A stretch of 63,471 nucleotides of DNA, counting the filler, from Folioceros fuciformis (lineage: Eukaryota): NCBI GenBank assembly GCA_049999805.1. It is 10 parts of 10 records of this genome, joined end to end, with 100 filler letters (N's around TTAATTAATTAA, not from the genome) between each part and the next. Parts side by side here need not be neighbours in the genome. Positions count along the whole stretch, not along the records: positions 15,094 to 27,486 come from JBNGIO010005132.1; positions 27,587 to 29,732 come from JBNGIO010005134.1; positions 29,833 to 31,622 come from JBNGIO010005135.1; positions 31,723 to 35,627 come from JBNGIO010005136.1; 6 more parts are not named here. The stretch is one strand, 5' to 3'. Numbering within the stretch: position 1 is the first letter of the stretch; every line of letters begins with the position of its first letter. The translations under genes were made by a program, and so were the position numbers. Below the pieces are notes generated by a model. The model saw only the letters and a list, made by a program, of their open reading frames with translations, did no database searches and was not told the origin of the DNA. Positions 25,119-35,131 of this stretch are shown piece by piece.

Positions 25119-26888
25119 ATGGCGGCTGCGGATCTGCCATCGTGTACAAGAGGCCTATTGGCGCCTCACCAAAGCAGCAAGAAACTGACATTCCAACCCG
25201 AGGAAGCTTGGCGACGAGCGTTGCCAGATAGGGAGATCCGGGCAGGTGAGTGTGTGCGTGTGAGCTCTCGATCTTTGGGGACCGGGTCTCGTTCCCTCCC
25301 ATTCGGGGGTATAGGAGGGGGGGATCTGACTGCGTCAATCCCGGAGGAATTGCCAAGCTCGCCTGAAAGCAATGCAGTTAGCAACCCAGTCGGAAAGGAT
25401 TCACCGGCTCTCTTCCTGAGGCGGTCTGTGAAACGGCCCAAGACCCAGCTGCGGTTGGACTGGCAGGAAGGTGCTTGGGTGCGTGAGCTTGTTCAAGGTC
25501 GGCCTGATTCTGAAAAAACAGGGGAGGAGGCAGACGTCGACCGGTCGGAAGGTGGAGGTGAACTTGACGTTCAGCCTCCAGGGTCGGATGGCGGAGGAGG
25601 GAGCCAGGGACCGGGGTGGTCTCTGGAGGCGCTGGGGCTGCTGGATATGGTGTTCGAGGACGACGCAGCTGCGGAGGCGGTTGTTGTGGAGACGGTGATG
25701 AAGATTAGGGGAAGCTTGGATGCACTGGCGGATAGGGTGGAGGATTCCCTGTCGGAGGAGGAACGGGAGAAGGCGCTGCAGATGATAGCTGAGGAGCAGG
25801 AGAGGGAGTGGGAGGAGAATGTGAACGTGCAGGCTAAAATGTTGCGGCGGCTGGAGAACCTTCTGGACACCAGTGCTGTGGTGGATTGCTTGATCAAGCG
25901 CATTGCGAACGTTGCCTTTATCAAACGCGAGGGTAAGACTCCCAGTGTGGATTTGCTTTCCATTCAGAAATCAGGTCAGCAGCTCTACCAGGCTTTAGGG
26001 GAGACGTGGAACCGGTTGAAAGGACGTCCCACCGCGACTTCCTCCGAGCCTATAACTGCCAAGTTGCCTAGGCCTCCTCCTTTGAGGCCGCAGCTGGAGG
26101 AGAAGAAGCTTGGGCTCATCTTGTAGGTGGAGGCGCTGGACAAGAAGCTTGGAGATGCCAGCAGGGGCAGGGAATCTAGGTTGAGGCAAAAGAATGTGCT
26201 GCAGCGCACTCAGGTTGCTGTGGAGATTTGGGGCTTAGATGACGAGGTGAATGAGCTGAGGCAGATACTGGCTGTCAGGACTCTGCAACTGGAGATGCTA
26301 CTCATATACATGTATCTCGAGGAAGACGTCATGCAGATTTCGGATGACGTGCGGACTAACGAGGAGGAGAGCTTGCTGGTGGCAGAGTTTGGTCTCCTGG
26401 ATGCGGATCTATCCAAGCTTCGGCTTGCTATCGACAGCAGCCAGGCTGGAATGATTCAAGATGAAGAGCTGGAGGATCTAGTGGCTGACATACTGGACCT
26501 TAAGAATAGGCTGGGCATTGTGGAGGAACCATCCATACCCTTTGCTCAGTGTATGCAGCTCTCCATAGCAGAGGCTCGATTGAAGTTCACTACTGGCGAG
26601 GACTTCGGCTTCTTGGTGGAGACCTATCGTATGTTGGCCGCCTTTTCTGGGCAGCTGTGACAGGAACTACTCTGAAGCCTAGAGAAGTGTAAACTGTTCG
26701 ACGCACAGCAAGAGATGTTCTCACCATGGTTCCTTTCACCATCATCCTCATTGCTCCGCTCACTCCACAGTGGGCCACGTTCTGGTGTTTAGGGTACTAC
26801 GCGGCGCTACTTCCCTGGATTTTTCCCAAGCTCCTTCTCTACGAAACGGCAGGAGGTGATGAAGCGGTATGAGCTGATTCGGGAGCAG
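25119..26888 (+). pseudogene. Intronless copy of a plastid-type LETM1-domain protein gene (5' partner of the chimera)
   Basis: Starts with ATG and a transit-peptide-like N-terminus, then a coiled-coil middle. The C-terminal frames read [79 protein letters not shown], a LETM1-like signature. Disabled by TAG 26124-26126, a TAA near 26690 and frameshifts. Confidence 0.75.
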
Positions 26889-27486
26889 GAGCAGAAGGCT
26901 CGCCTGCAAGGGTTGGATGCCCAAAAGGCCAACATTTTGGCAGCTCGTTCCGTGGCCAAGATTCTGAGAACCTTGCTTGGCCCCAAGGGCATGGACAAGA
27001 TGCTGCAGAGCACGGACGGCGATGTCACTATGACAAACGATGGGGCTACAATACTTGAGCAGATGGAGGTTGAGAATCAAATTGGGAAGCTGATGGTTGA
27101 GCTTTCGAAAAGTCAGGATTTTGAGATTGGTGACGACACAACTGGGTTGTAGTTACAGCAGGTACACTCTTGGAGCAGGCGGAAGAGCTACTAGATTGGG
27201 GCATCCACCCCATTCGGATCGCTGAGGGGTATGAGATAGCGTCTAAGGTCGCCACTGAGCACTTGAATCACATTGCCCACAAGTCTGACTTCAGTGCAGA
27301 TAATGCTGAGCCTCTCATTCAAACGTGCACGACGACGCTATTTTCCAAGATAGTGGGTAGGTGCAAACGGATGCTGGTGGAAATTGCAGTGAAAGTTGTG
27401 CTTGCTGTGGCGGATTTGGAGAGACGTGATGTCAACCTTGACTTGATTAAGGTTGAAGGAAAAGTTGGTGGTAGGCTAGAGGATGC
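26877..27486 (+). pseudogene. CCT5: Intronless CCT5 N-terminal part fused in frame to the LETM1-like copy, copy B
   Basis: [90 protein letters not shown], a frameshift, then [22 protein letters not shown]...GGRLED. Truncated by the contig end. Confidence 0.92.
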
Positions 27487-27586
27487 NNNNNNNNNNNNNN
27501 NNNNNNNNNNNNNNNNNNNNNNNNNNNNNNTTAATTAATTAANNNNNNNNNNNNNNNNNNNNNNNNNNNNNNNNNNNNNNNNNNNN

Positions 27587-28402
27587 CTCCTTGGTTGCTT
27601 CTGTAAGACTTTTAAACTCTGCCTCTGTGCTGGATAGAGCTATGGTGGTTTGTTTCTTACTGCTCCATCCTACTGCAGCGCTTGCCAAGAGAGTAACGTA
27701 GCTGGAGACGCTGCGACGGTCATCTAGGTCCCCAGCCCAGTCGGCGTCGCTGTATGCCACAAGGGTGAGTGGCTTCTCTGCCTTGGAAGTGTAAAGCAAG
27801 CCCCAATCTGACGTGCCTTGCAGGTATCTATACTGTCTGGTCATTAGGTCACTGTGAGAGGCATTCAGATTTGACACAAACCTAGACGTCAACCCCGAGG
27901 TGAAGCTAATGTCTGGTCTGGATCCTATCATGAGATGCATTGTGCTGCCGTTCCTAGATGAATAATCTGCTACAGCTGCCAGCTCCTTCTTAGGTGGGTC
28001 TCCTTCTTGAGCCTGATACTTAACATTTTGTTCAGCATGTGTTGCCACCAGTTTGCAATTTTACATTTCGTATCTCTCAAGAATCTCTCTTGTATACTTC
28101 GCCTGATGCAGGAAGATCGTCCCTGCCTGCCTGTTTTTGACTAGGTGCATCCCAAGACAATAGTGCAGGGCTCCAACATCTGTCATTTTAAATTCAGCAC
28201 TCAGCTGCTCCTTCAGAGTCCTTATCTCACTCTAGGAATTGCTCATGACGATCAGGTCGTCTACGTATACAGCCAGTGCTATGAACTTCCTTCCCTGTCT
28301 CTTGACATACACATTGCTATCCGCATGAAGGCTTAGGAAACCTAGTGCCTTCAGAAATGCATCTATTCTTGCATACCAGGCTCAAGTGCTCTGCTTCAGC
28401 CC
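27587..28402 (-). mobile_element. Ty1/Copia RT-RNase H fragment (degenerate)
   Basis: GLKQS*-AWY at the 28402 end, then LAVYVDDL, SRPDISF, LVAYSDADWAGDLDDRRSVS and WSSKKQTTIALSSTEAEF. Confidence 0.9.
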
Positions 28403-29403
28403 TGTGGAGGCAAAACCCCGGGCACTGATTGCCAACGGGTTCCACCTTTAGTGGCCACACTTATCTCACTGTCGTTGAGACATTGGGTTTCGTTCCCACG
28501 AAGGAGCGATGGGGTTCCTTGCTGCTGTGGATGGAGGGTCGGACTTGATCGACTCGATGATGGATTCGAGGGCTCCCCTCCAGCTCCGATCAGGCGTAGG
28601 ACAGGCCTCGTTGTCTGGCGGTTAGCTGCACCTCTCTCGGTGCCCACAAACTCACTCCAATCACTACAACGACTCTAACCTCTCAGATCTGCGACTTCCC
28701 TCACACACTTCACTCACTCTCTCACTCCAACACCAGCAACTACCAGCAACGACACCACTACCTTCTACACTTCCCTGCTGACTCCTCCTACCCGGCAAGA
28801 GTCACTAGACTAACCCCAAAGAAAAGAAAGAAGGGAACACATCCCCCTCTTGGATATCTCCCCCCTACAACCTTACCAGACGCCATGAAACATGGCCGGC
28901 CTACAGCAGTTGTCCAAGCAAGGAACAAGAGTGGACAGGTCGAGAGAAAGACACATCCTTTACAATCAAGAGCTAGGGGCAAGCCCCTACACCCTGGTCA
29001 TTACACCTTGTGACCCTACCAGACACTATACAACCAGCAACACGATGCCCGCGATCCTACCAGACACTGTACAGCCGGCAACACGCGGCTTGCGATCCTA
29101 CCAGACGTTGCATAGCCGGCAACACACTGCAGGTCCTAAACCAAGCAGGGACAGACCACAAGAGCTCATGAAGAGAGGACCTCCAAGAGCTCACGAAGAG
29201 ATAGATTGACTCCCAAAGTGAATGACTCCCTCCTCCTACAGGCTCACCTGATCTTATAGGAGCCTCTCTCTCTCTCTGACTTCACCTCTCTCTAACTTGA
29301 GAAATATTATTTTAATAGGACCACTAGCCTAGCCGGCTATCACCAGCCACTTATTTAGACTTCTAGCACATCCTGCCACCAATGATTTGGCCCTACCACC
29401 ACA
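28403..29403 (-). mobile_element. Putative ~1-kb LTR of a second element inserted into the Copia RT
   Basis: TGTGG...CCACA inverted termini. Copia RT similarity stops exactly at 28402. The minus strand has (GA)n followed by CCTATAAG (~29250), and a purine-rich tract AAGAGGTGGTAGA just outside 29403. Confidence 0.55.
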
Positions 29404-29832
29404 AGGATCTACCACCTCTTAGACTATCCTGAGACTTCAGAGGATGTCTGATCTTCAAAGATCTGCGGACGTCGCCTCTTCCTTGCCGGGCACTGCCCTC
29501 GTAAGTTATGTGGCTATTCTCGGGAGATCACAAGACTAGTACTAGACTAGCTACTCGTTTTGAGGGGATGTTATTCAGCCCGATGCATGCTACGTTTGTT
29601 TGCCTTCGAGCAGCAAGTGATCACGAGGGACTGGTGCATGAGTTTAGGGTTGCCCTATATAAATACCCTAAACCCCTAAACCCTATATATATATATATAT
29701 ATATACATTGATCATATGAAAGGTTTAAAACANNNNNNNNNNNNNNNNNNNNNNNNNNNNNNNNNNNNNNNNNNNNTTAATTAATTAANNNNNNNNNNNN
29801 NNNNNNNNNNNNNNNNNNNNNNNNNNNNNNNN

Positions 29833-31622
29833 AATATATATATAGATCTTATAATTTAATATATTAGAATATTATAATTAACTTTATTATCTAACTTAGG
29901 TACTATACTTAAGACTACTTAGTTATCTTAACTCTTATTTATTAAACTTACTTTATCTACAAAACTTAACCTAAGTACTACTACCTCTAATACCTATATT
30001 TATTATATATCTTAAGTACTTCGTATACTCTTAGGCGTAGTTTATAATACTTTAATTACTCTTAAGATAAGTAATACTTCTATAGATACCTCTATAGCTA
30101 CTAATACTAGTAACTAGACTTTACGTTTCAAATAGATAAAGAAGCCTAATAAGTATTATAGTAATTATTAAAAGCTAGAATAATAGATTCTCTAGTATAA
30201 CGCCTTTTTCTATCTTAGCTTAGAAATTCTAGCTAAAGATTAGGTTATCCTTATTACTATATATATAAGAGGAGAAGCTTAAGATTAAATAATTCTCTTT
30301 CTTACTAAGTATATAGATAATAATATTATAGACCTAGAGAATACTAAGATATTTAAAGAATAGTTAACCTTTAAAGACTACCTCTATACTATATTTAGAA
30401 TCTAGAAAGAAAAAACTTAGGCTAAATACTAAATCTAACGCCTATAGTAGATTAAGTCTATTACTAAGTATATAACTTAGTTTTAAAAGATCTTAATAAG
30501 AATAAACTAGAATAATAATACTCTTAAGAGAATATTCTATTAAGGACTTAAGCTATAAGTATATATAGAACTTATATATAGTAGAATAAGTATTAATATA
30601 CTTAAGGAACTTCTAAATAAAAGTATCTAGATTAATAATAAGTTATATAAACTAGAACTTAAAGAATAAAGCTTTTACTAATAAGAAAATACGGCTAATA
30701 TAGAAAAGAAAAGATTTACCTATTCTAAAGTTATATATAGACTTAATACTATAGAATACTATACTTCTAGCCGACTTAAAGCTATATATCTTAATAATAT
30801 TAATAAGAAAGATAAGAAATAGAAGAAACCTATAAAAGAAAAAAGTAAAAATAAAAAGATATACTATAATTATAGTAAACCTAGATACTTTACTAGAAAC
30901 TATAAGTCTAAGAATAAAGTAATATATTATATTAGTAGTATTAAAGAAAGAGAAAGCTACTATATCTCTAACTAAATACTTAACGTACTCTCTTAAGTAG
31001 AGAAAGAAGATAAAGAAAACTACTAGACTATAATAATATTACTTAGCTCTAAACTAGATAGAAACTCTATAACTAGTATTATATTAGAACTAAATAGAAA
31101 CCTTATAATAGACGTAATATAGAGATTTAATATAATAATATAAACGCTATATAAAGGAATAGCTTAAAGTATAATTATAGAAACTAATAACTAGTATACT
31201 AAGAAAAATAAGAAAAATATTCTACTAAAGCTAGATAAATAGAATACTCTATAAGATACTTATAGTTACTAGAACTTAGTATAATAGTATAATTAGGTAG
31301 AAGCGTTTAAGTACTAAACCTAGGTAATACTATTAGAAGTAGAGTTAGTATACTCTAATAATAAGAAAGACTAGTAGAAACTCTATAACTATAATAGAAA
31401 ATTATACTCTAGTAATCGTCTACGCTATAGATAATACTATACCTATAATATATAAGAAGGTTATAAGAATAGATATTTAGTATATTTAGAAACTAGAATA
31501 GAAATAATATAGAATAAGAAAAGATTTTATAATAAGAACCTTAATCTTAAAGAAAAATACTAGTAAATATAGACTATAGACCTATAGAGAGGACTTTAGA
31601 CTAGAAGTAATTATATAGAAGA
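29833..31622 (+). mobile_element. Heavily RIP-mutated Ty3/Gypsy gag region, fungal type (probable fungal contig)
   Basis: Extremely AT-rich, saturated with TpA and almost lacking CpA/TpG. Reversing C>T/G>A changes turns 30862-30906 into a CYNCGKPGHFARNCK zinc knuckle and ~30370-30490 into a retrotransposon-gag-like segment (...IQRLRQTKSVAEY...). Confidence 0.8.
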
Positions 31623-32149
31623 NNNNNNNNNNNNNNNNNNNNNNNNNNNNNNNNNNNNNNNNNNNNTTAATTAATTAANNNNNNNNNNNNNNNNNNNNNN
31701 NNNNNNNNNNNNNNNNNNNNNNTACTCGCCTAACCCTAATACACTTATTATTTAATACAATTATTATTTGAAGGGTAAGCGAATCCTCATCCAACACCCC
31801 CACTTGAGCTTAGCCCTAATTTGAACATGGCAATTACGCTCCGGCTTGTGTCTTTACTCCGGCGGCTGCTCCATTCTTGTGAAACTTGATCTGCTTACCT
31901 CCGAGTTTAGGGTTATGGGTGCTGCACTGCAATTGGATTGTCCGCCGCCGCACTCGGCCACTGCTGCGCTGCTCTTTAAGACAATTAGGGCTGAGGCCAC
32001 TCTTTCATTCTCGACTTCACAGCTGTTAAGCTTGGCCCAGCGCCGCCTCTTGCCTACAGGTACTCCGCATGGATGCGTTCTGGACTGCAAGGGCAACAAT
32101 TTGGCTCCGCTCAGTGACTAGTATCCAGCAGCTCGCAGTCTTTCTTTGT

Positions 32150-34594
32150 TCAGGGATTGCAGGCAGTCAGGCCTAGTCTTCTTGCATGTTTGATATGCAG
32201 CTCTTTAGACAGGGCCTTTGTGAGTAGATCGGCTGGGTTCTCTACTGTTGAGATGTAGGTCACAATTATTTGTCCATCCGCCACCACTTCTCTTATAAAG
32301 TGGTGATGGATTTCTATGTGCTTCGTCTTTGAGTGGAATACCGGGTTCTTTGTAAGCGCTATGGCGCCTTGATTATCACAGTACACCACTGTTGCATCTT
32401 TTTGGACGACCTCAACGTCAGATAAGTTCCTTCTTACCCAGATTACTTCCTTTGCTACAACCGTCAATGCTTTGTACTCAGCCTTAGTGCTTGATGTGGA
32501 AACTGTTCCCTGTTTCTTGCTCGACCAAGAAATTGGTCCTCCAGCTAGCATCAGTACGTATGCTGACAGTGACTTCCGATTGTTCAGGTCAGAGGCCCAG
32601 TCCGAGTCGGTAAATCCTTCAAGAATCAGGTTCTTTCCTTCTGTGCCTGAATAAACAATCCCTTCAGTAGATGTGTTCTTGAGGTATCTGAACGTGCGTT
32701 TGACTTGGCTCCAGTGCTCAGGGCATGGATTTTCAAGAAACTGTGACTCAAGACTGACAGCATATGCAATATCCGGCCTTGTCACGTTTGCCAGATATAT
32801 GAGAGTGCCTACAGCATGCCTATACGGAATCTTGGCCATCTCTGCAGAATCTTCAGGTATTAAAGGTTCCTGTACCATTGTCAGCTTCAGTCCCGTTGCC
32901 AGAGGTGTTGCACACCCATTTGCCTCAGCCAGATTGAAACGCTTCAGACCTTCTCTAATGTACTTTTCCTGGCAAATTGACAATCTCCTGGCTGCTCTAT
33001 CCCTTGCAATCTCTATGCCTAAACACCACGTGAGCTCTCCCAGCTCAGTCATCTCGAACTCACGCTTTAGAAGTGCTTTCACTTTGCTCATCAAGCTGCT
33101 CTTTCCCTTGGTGGCGGCCAACACAAGATCATCTACGTACAGCAGTAAGATCAGAAAGCTCTCTCCTTCTCTCAACATGTACAGTCCATGATCAGCCGTC
33201 CCCTGCTTGAAGCCTAGCTTCTTCAGGTATGCGTCAATTCGATGGTTCCATGCTCTTGGACTCTGCTTGAGTCCGTACAGGGTCTTGTTTAATTTACAAA
33301 CTAGGTGATCTTTGCCTGGTTGCACATAACCCTCTGGCTGTTGCATGTAGATTTCTTCTTGCAGCTCACCATGCAGAAAAGCCGTCTTTACGTCCATTTG
33401 CTCGAGGTCCAAATCCAGGTGGGCTGCCAGTGCAAGCACCATCCTCAAAGTTGTGAATTTGACAACTGGAGCAAATGTCTCATTGAAGTCTACACCTGGT
33501 ACTTGAGAAAAGCCACGAGCGACAAGTCGTGCCTTGTAGCGTTCTATACTACCATCAGCCTTCTTTTTCAGTTTGAAGACCCATTTGCAGGAAATGGGTT
33601 TCCTATCTCTCGGTAGTTCCACAAGTGACCAGGTACCATTTTTCATGATGGAAGCATATTCATCATCCACGGCCTTCTTCCACTGCTTTGATTCTGATCC
33701 TGTGAATGCTTGTTTTGCAGAGCGTGAAGACAGCCGTGTGGCTTCTTCCTGCAGCATCGCACTAACCACTCCGTTGAATGTTAGCGGTTCTGCGTCCAAT
33801 TTCAAGGCCTTGGCTATCCTGTCCTCCACCTTCGCCATGGCCTGTTGACCAGTGACGAAGGGGCCATAACTTGGTGGTAAGGAACTCAATAATCTACAGG
33901 CTGCTTCGTAGTCTGTGATCTTCGTTCCCGTTGAACTTAGTTTTGCACGGGCAATCCTAAATCTTGCTATGTAGTGTTCAACTGTCTCCCCTTCCGCCAT
34001 TCGCAAGCTGTGATATTTCACAGAGGCTGACATGGACGCCGCCATGTCATGGGAGGCAAACATCATAGCAAGATGGTTCCACATGTCACGTGCTGAGTCA
34101 CCTGGTCCATCTGATGCCTGACGCATCATCTCTGGAGCAAGACCTGACCTTATCAGGTTCCTTGCTCGAATGTCACCCAGCTTCCAAACAGCTAAGTCTG
34201 CTGAATCCTCCGCTGGTTTGGGTACGTCCCCAGTCACAAGTTCCCACAGATTTTTCTCCTCTAATGCGCCTTGCATCCTCATGACCCAAATATCGTACTC
34301 AGCCCCTGTGACCAGTCGGTCCTTTTCCTTGAACCTGCCGCTGGTCAGTGACTGTAACGCATTAATCATGTTATCTCGTGCTTTGTCATCTTCATCCATT
34401 CTGTTAGCTTTCCAAAACCAAGAATAATCTTCGTGTTCTTGGTTTGTGTTTACAGATGCACGTCCAGAGTCACCATCTGCAACCTCTTCCTCTGCGACCA
34501 CTGCTTCCTCAAAATCATCAAAGTCAATCAGCCCAACTTCTTGGGCTAAGTTCTTCAGCCATTCTGGAGTGGTATATGATCCTGGTCCACTCAT
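32150..34594 (-). CDS. Copia Gag fused in frame directly to RT-RNase H (814 aa; no zinc knuckle, protease or integrase)
   Basis: Gag/UBN2 segments (YDIWVMRMQGALEEKNLW, LLSSLPPSYGPFV) run via EEATRLSSRSAKQAFTGSESKQWKKAVDDEY into RT (RYKARLVARGFSQ, QMDVKTAFLHG, LYGLKQS, LLYVDDL) and RNase H (FTDSDWASD, HIEIHHHFIRE). Confidence 0.9.
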   Translation of the reverse strand: MSGPGSYTTPEWLKNLAQEVGLIDFDDFEEAVVAEEEVADGDSGRASVNTNQEHEDYSWFWKANRMDEDDKARDNMINALQSLTSGRFKEKDRLVTGAEYDIWVMRMQGALEEKNLWELVTGDVPKPAEDSADLAVWKLGDIRARNLIRSGLAPEMMRQASDGPGDSARDMWNHLAMMFASHDMAASMSASVKYHSLRMAEGETVEHYIARFRIARAKLSSTGTKITDYEAACRLLSSLPPSYGPFVTGQQAMAKVEDRIAKALKLDAEPLTFNGVVSAMLQEEATRLSSRSAKQAFTGSESKQWKKAVDDEYASIMKNGTWSLVELPRDRKPISCKWVFKLKKKADGSIERYKARLVARGFSQVPGVDFNETFAPVVKFTTLRMVLALAAHLDLDLEQMDVKTAFLHGELQEEIYMQQPEGYVQPGKDHLVCKLNKTLYGLKQSPRAWNHRIDAYLKKLGFKQGTADHGLYMLREGESFLILLLYVDDLVLAATKGKSSLMSKVKALLKREFEMTELGELTWCLGIEIARDRAARRLSICQEKYIREGLKRFNLAEANGCATPLATGLKLTMVQEPLIPEDSAEMAKIPYRHAVGTLIYLANVTRPDIAYAVSLESQFLENPCPEHWSQVKRTFRYLKNTSTEGIVYSGTEGKNLILEGFTDSDWASDLNNRKSLSAYVLMLAGGPISWSSKKQGTVSTSSTKAEYKALTVVAKEVIWVRRNLSDVEVVQKDATVVYCDNQGAIALTKNPVFHSKTKHIEIHHHFIREVVADGQIIVTYISTVENPADLLTKALSKELHIKHARRLGLTACNP

Positions 34595-34597
34595 GAA

Positions 34598-35131
34598 TCA
34601 GCAGCTACCAGCATTGGTGGACTCCACTGGCCTGGACTGGCACACAGCACACTTTGCCCGTCTATAATTTGAGACAATTGAACGGGTAAGTCTGTCACTT
34701 TCCTGCAACTGTGGATTTAACAAGATAAATAATTTGACATCTGTTTGTTGCAGGTGATCTTCAAATCGAGTTATCCGATCTGTGAGACTGTCTAACGTGG
34801 TAAGGATATGCTGTGTGCGACAAAGTGCAGTGCTGTTTATATTGTCTAGCCTTTGTGTAAGGTGCTGTATAGCAACGGTGAGTGTCTCCTCGCTATCTCT
34901 TGTGACTGGCTTAGGGTGCACAGATTCTGGTCCTTGGTGGCGTTGGAGCACGACCCTTCGATACTGATGAATGCTCGGGTTCGGAATGTGCAGGTTTGGG
35001 ATTCTATCTCTATGGGTACGTGTCTCTGTGTGTCTGCCTCTCCCAACAGGCAGGTTTGACACTTCGTAGGGTGGTACAGGCTGGAAGACTCGTCTTGAGT
35101 TCCCTCTATGACCACGGTGACGGTGTGCCAT
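34598..35131 (-). CDS. Extra ORF upstream of Copia gag (177 aa from the first ATG), unknown function
   Basis: Open ORF between PBS and gag. Its C-terminal heptad segment FEDHLQQTDVKLFILLNPQL resembles the equivalent ORF at 54025..54681. Confidence 0.55.
   Translation of the reverse strand: MAHRHRGHRGNSRRVFQPVPPYEVSNLPVGRGRHTETRTHRDRIPNLHIPNPSIHQYRRVVLQRHQGPESVHPKPVTRDSEETLTVAIQHLTQRLDNINSTALCRTQHILTTLDSLTDRITRFEDHLQQTDVKLFILLNPQLQESDRLTRSIVSNYRRAKCAVCQSRPVESTNAGSC

Noticed and set aside
26856-27486. A functional CCT5 gene
   Set aside because: It lacks the native start, the GDGTT motif reads GDDTT, there is a frameshift near 27150, and it is fused to an unrelated gene.
29833-31622. Organellar or simple AT-rich intergenic DNA
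   Set aside because: The specific CpA/TpG loss and the recoverable gag zinc knuckle fit a RIP-mutated retroelement better.
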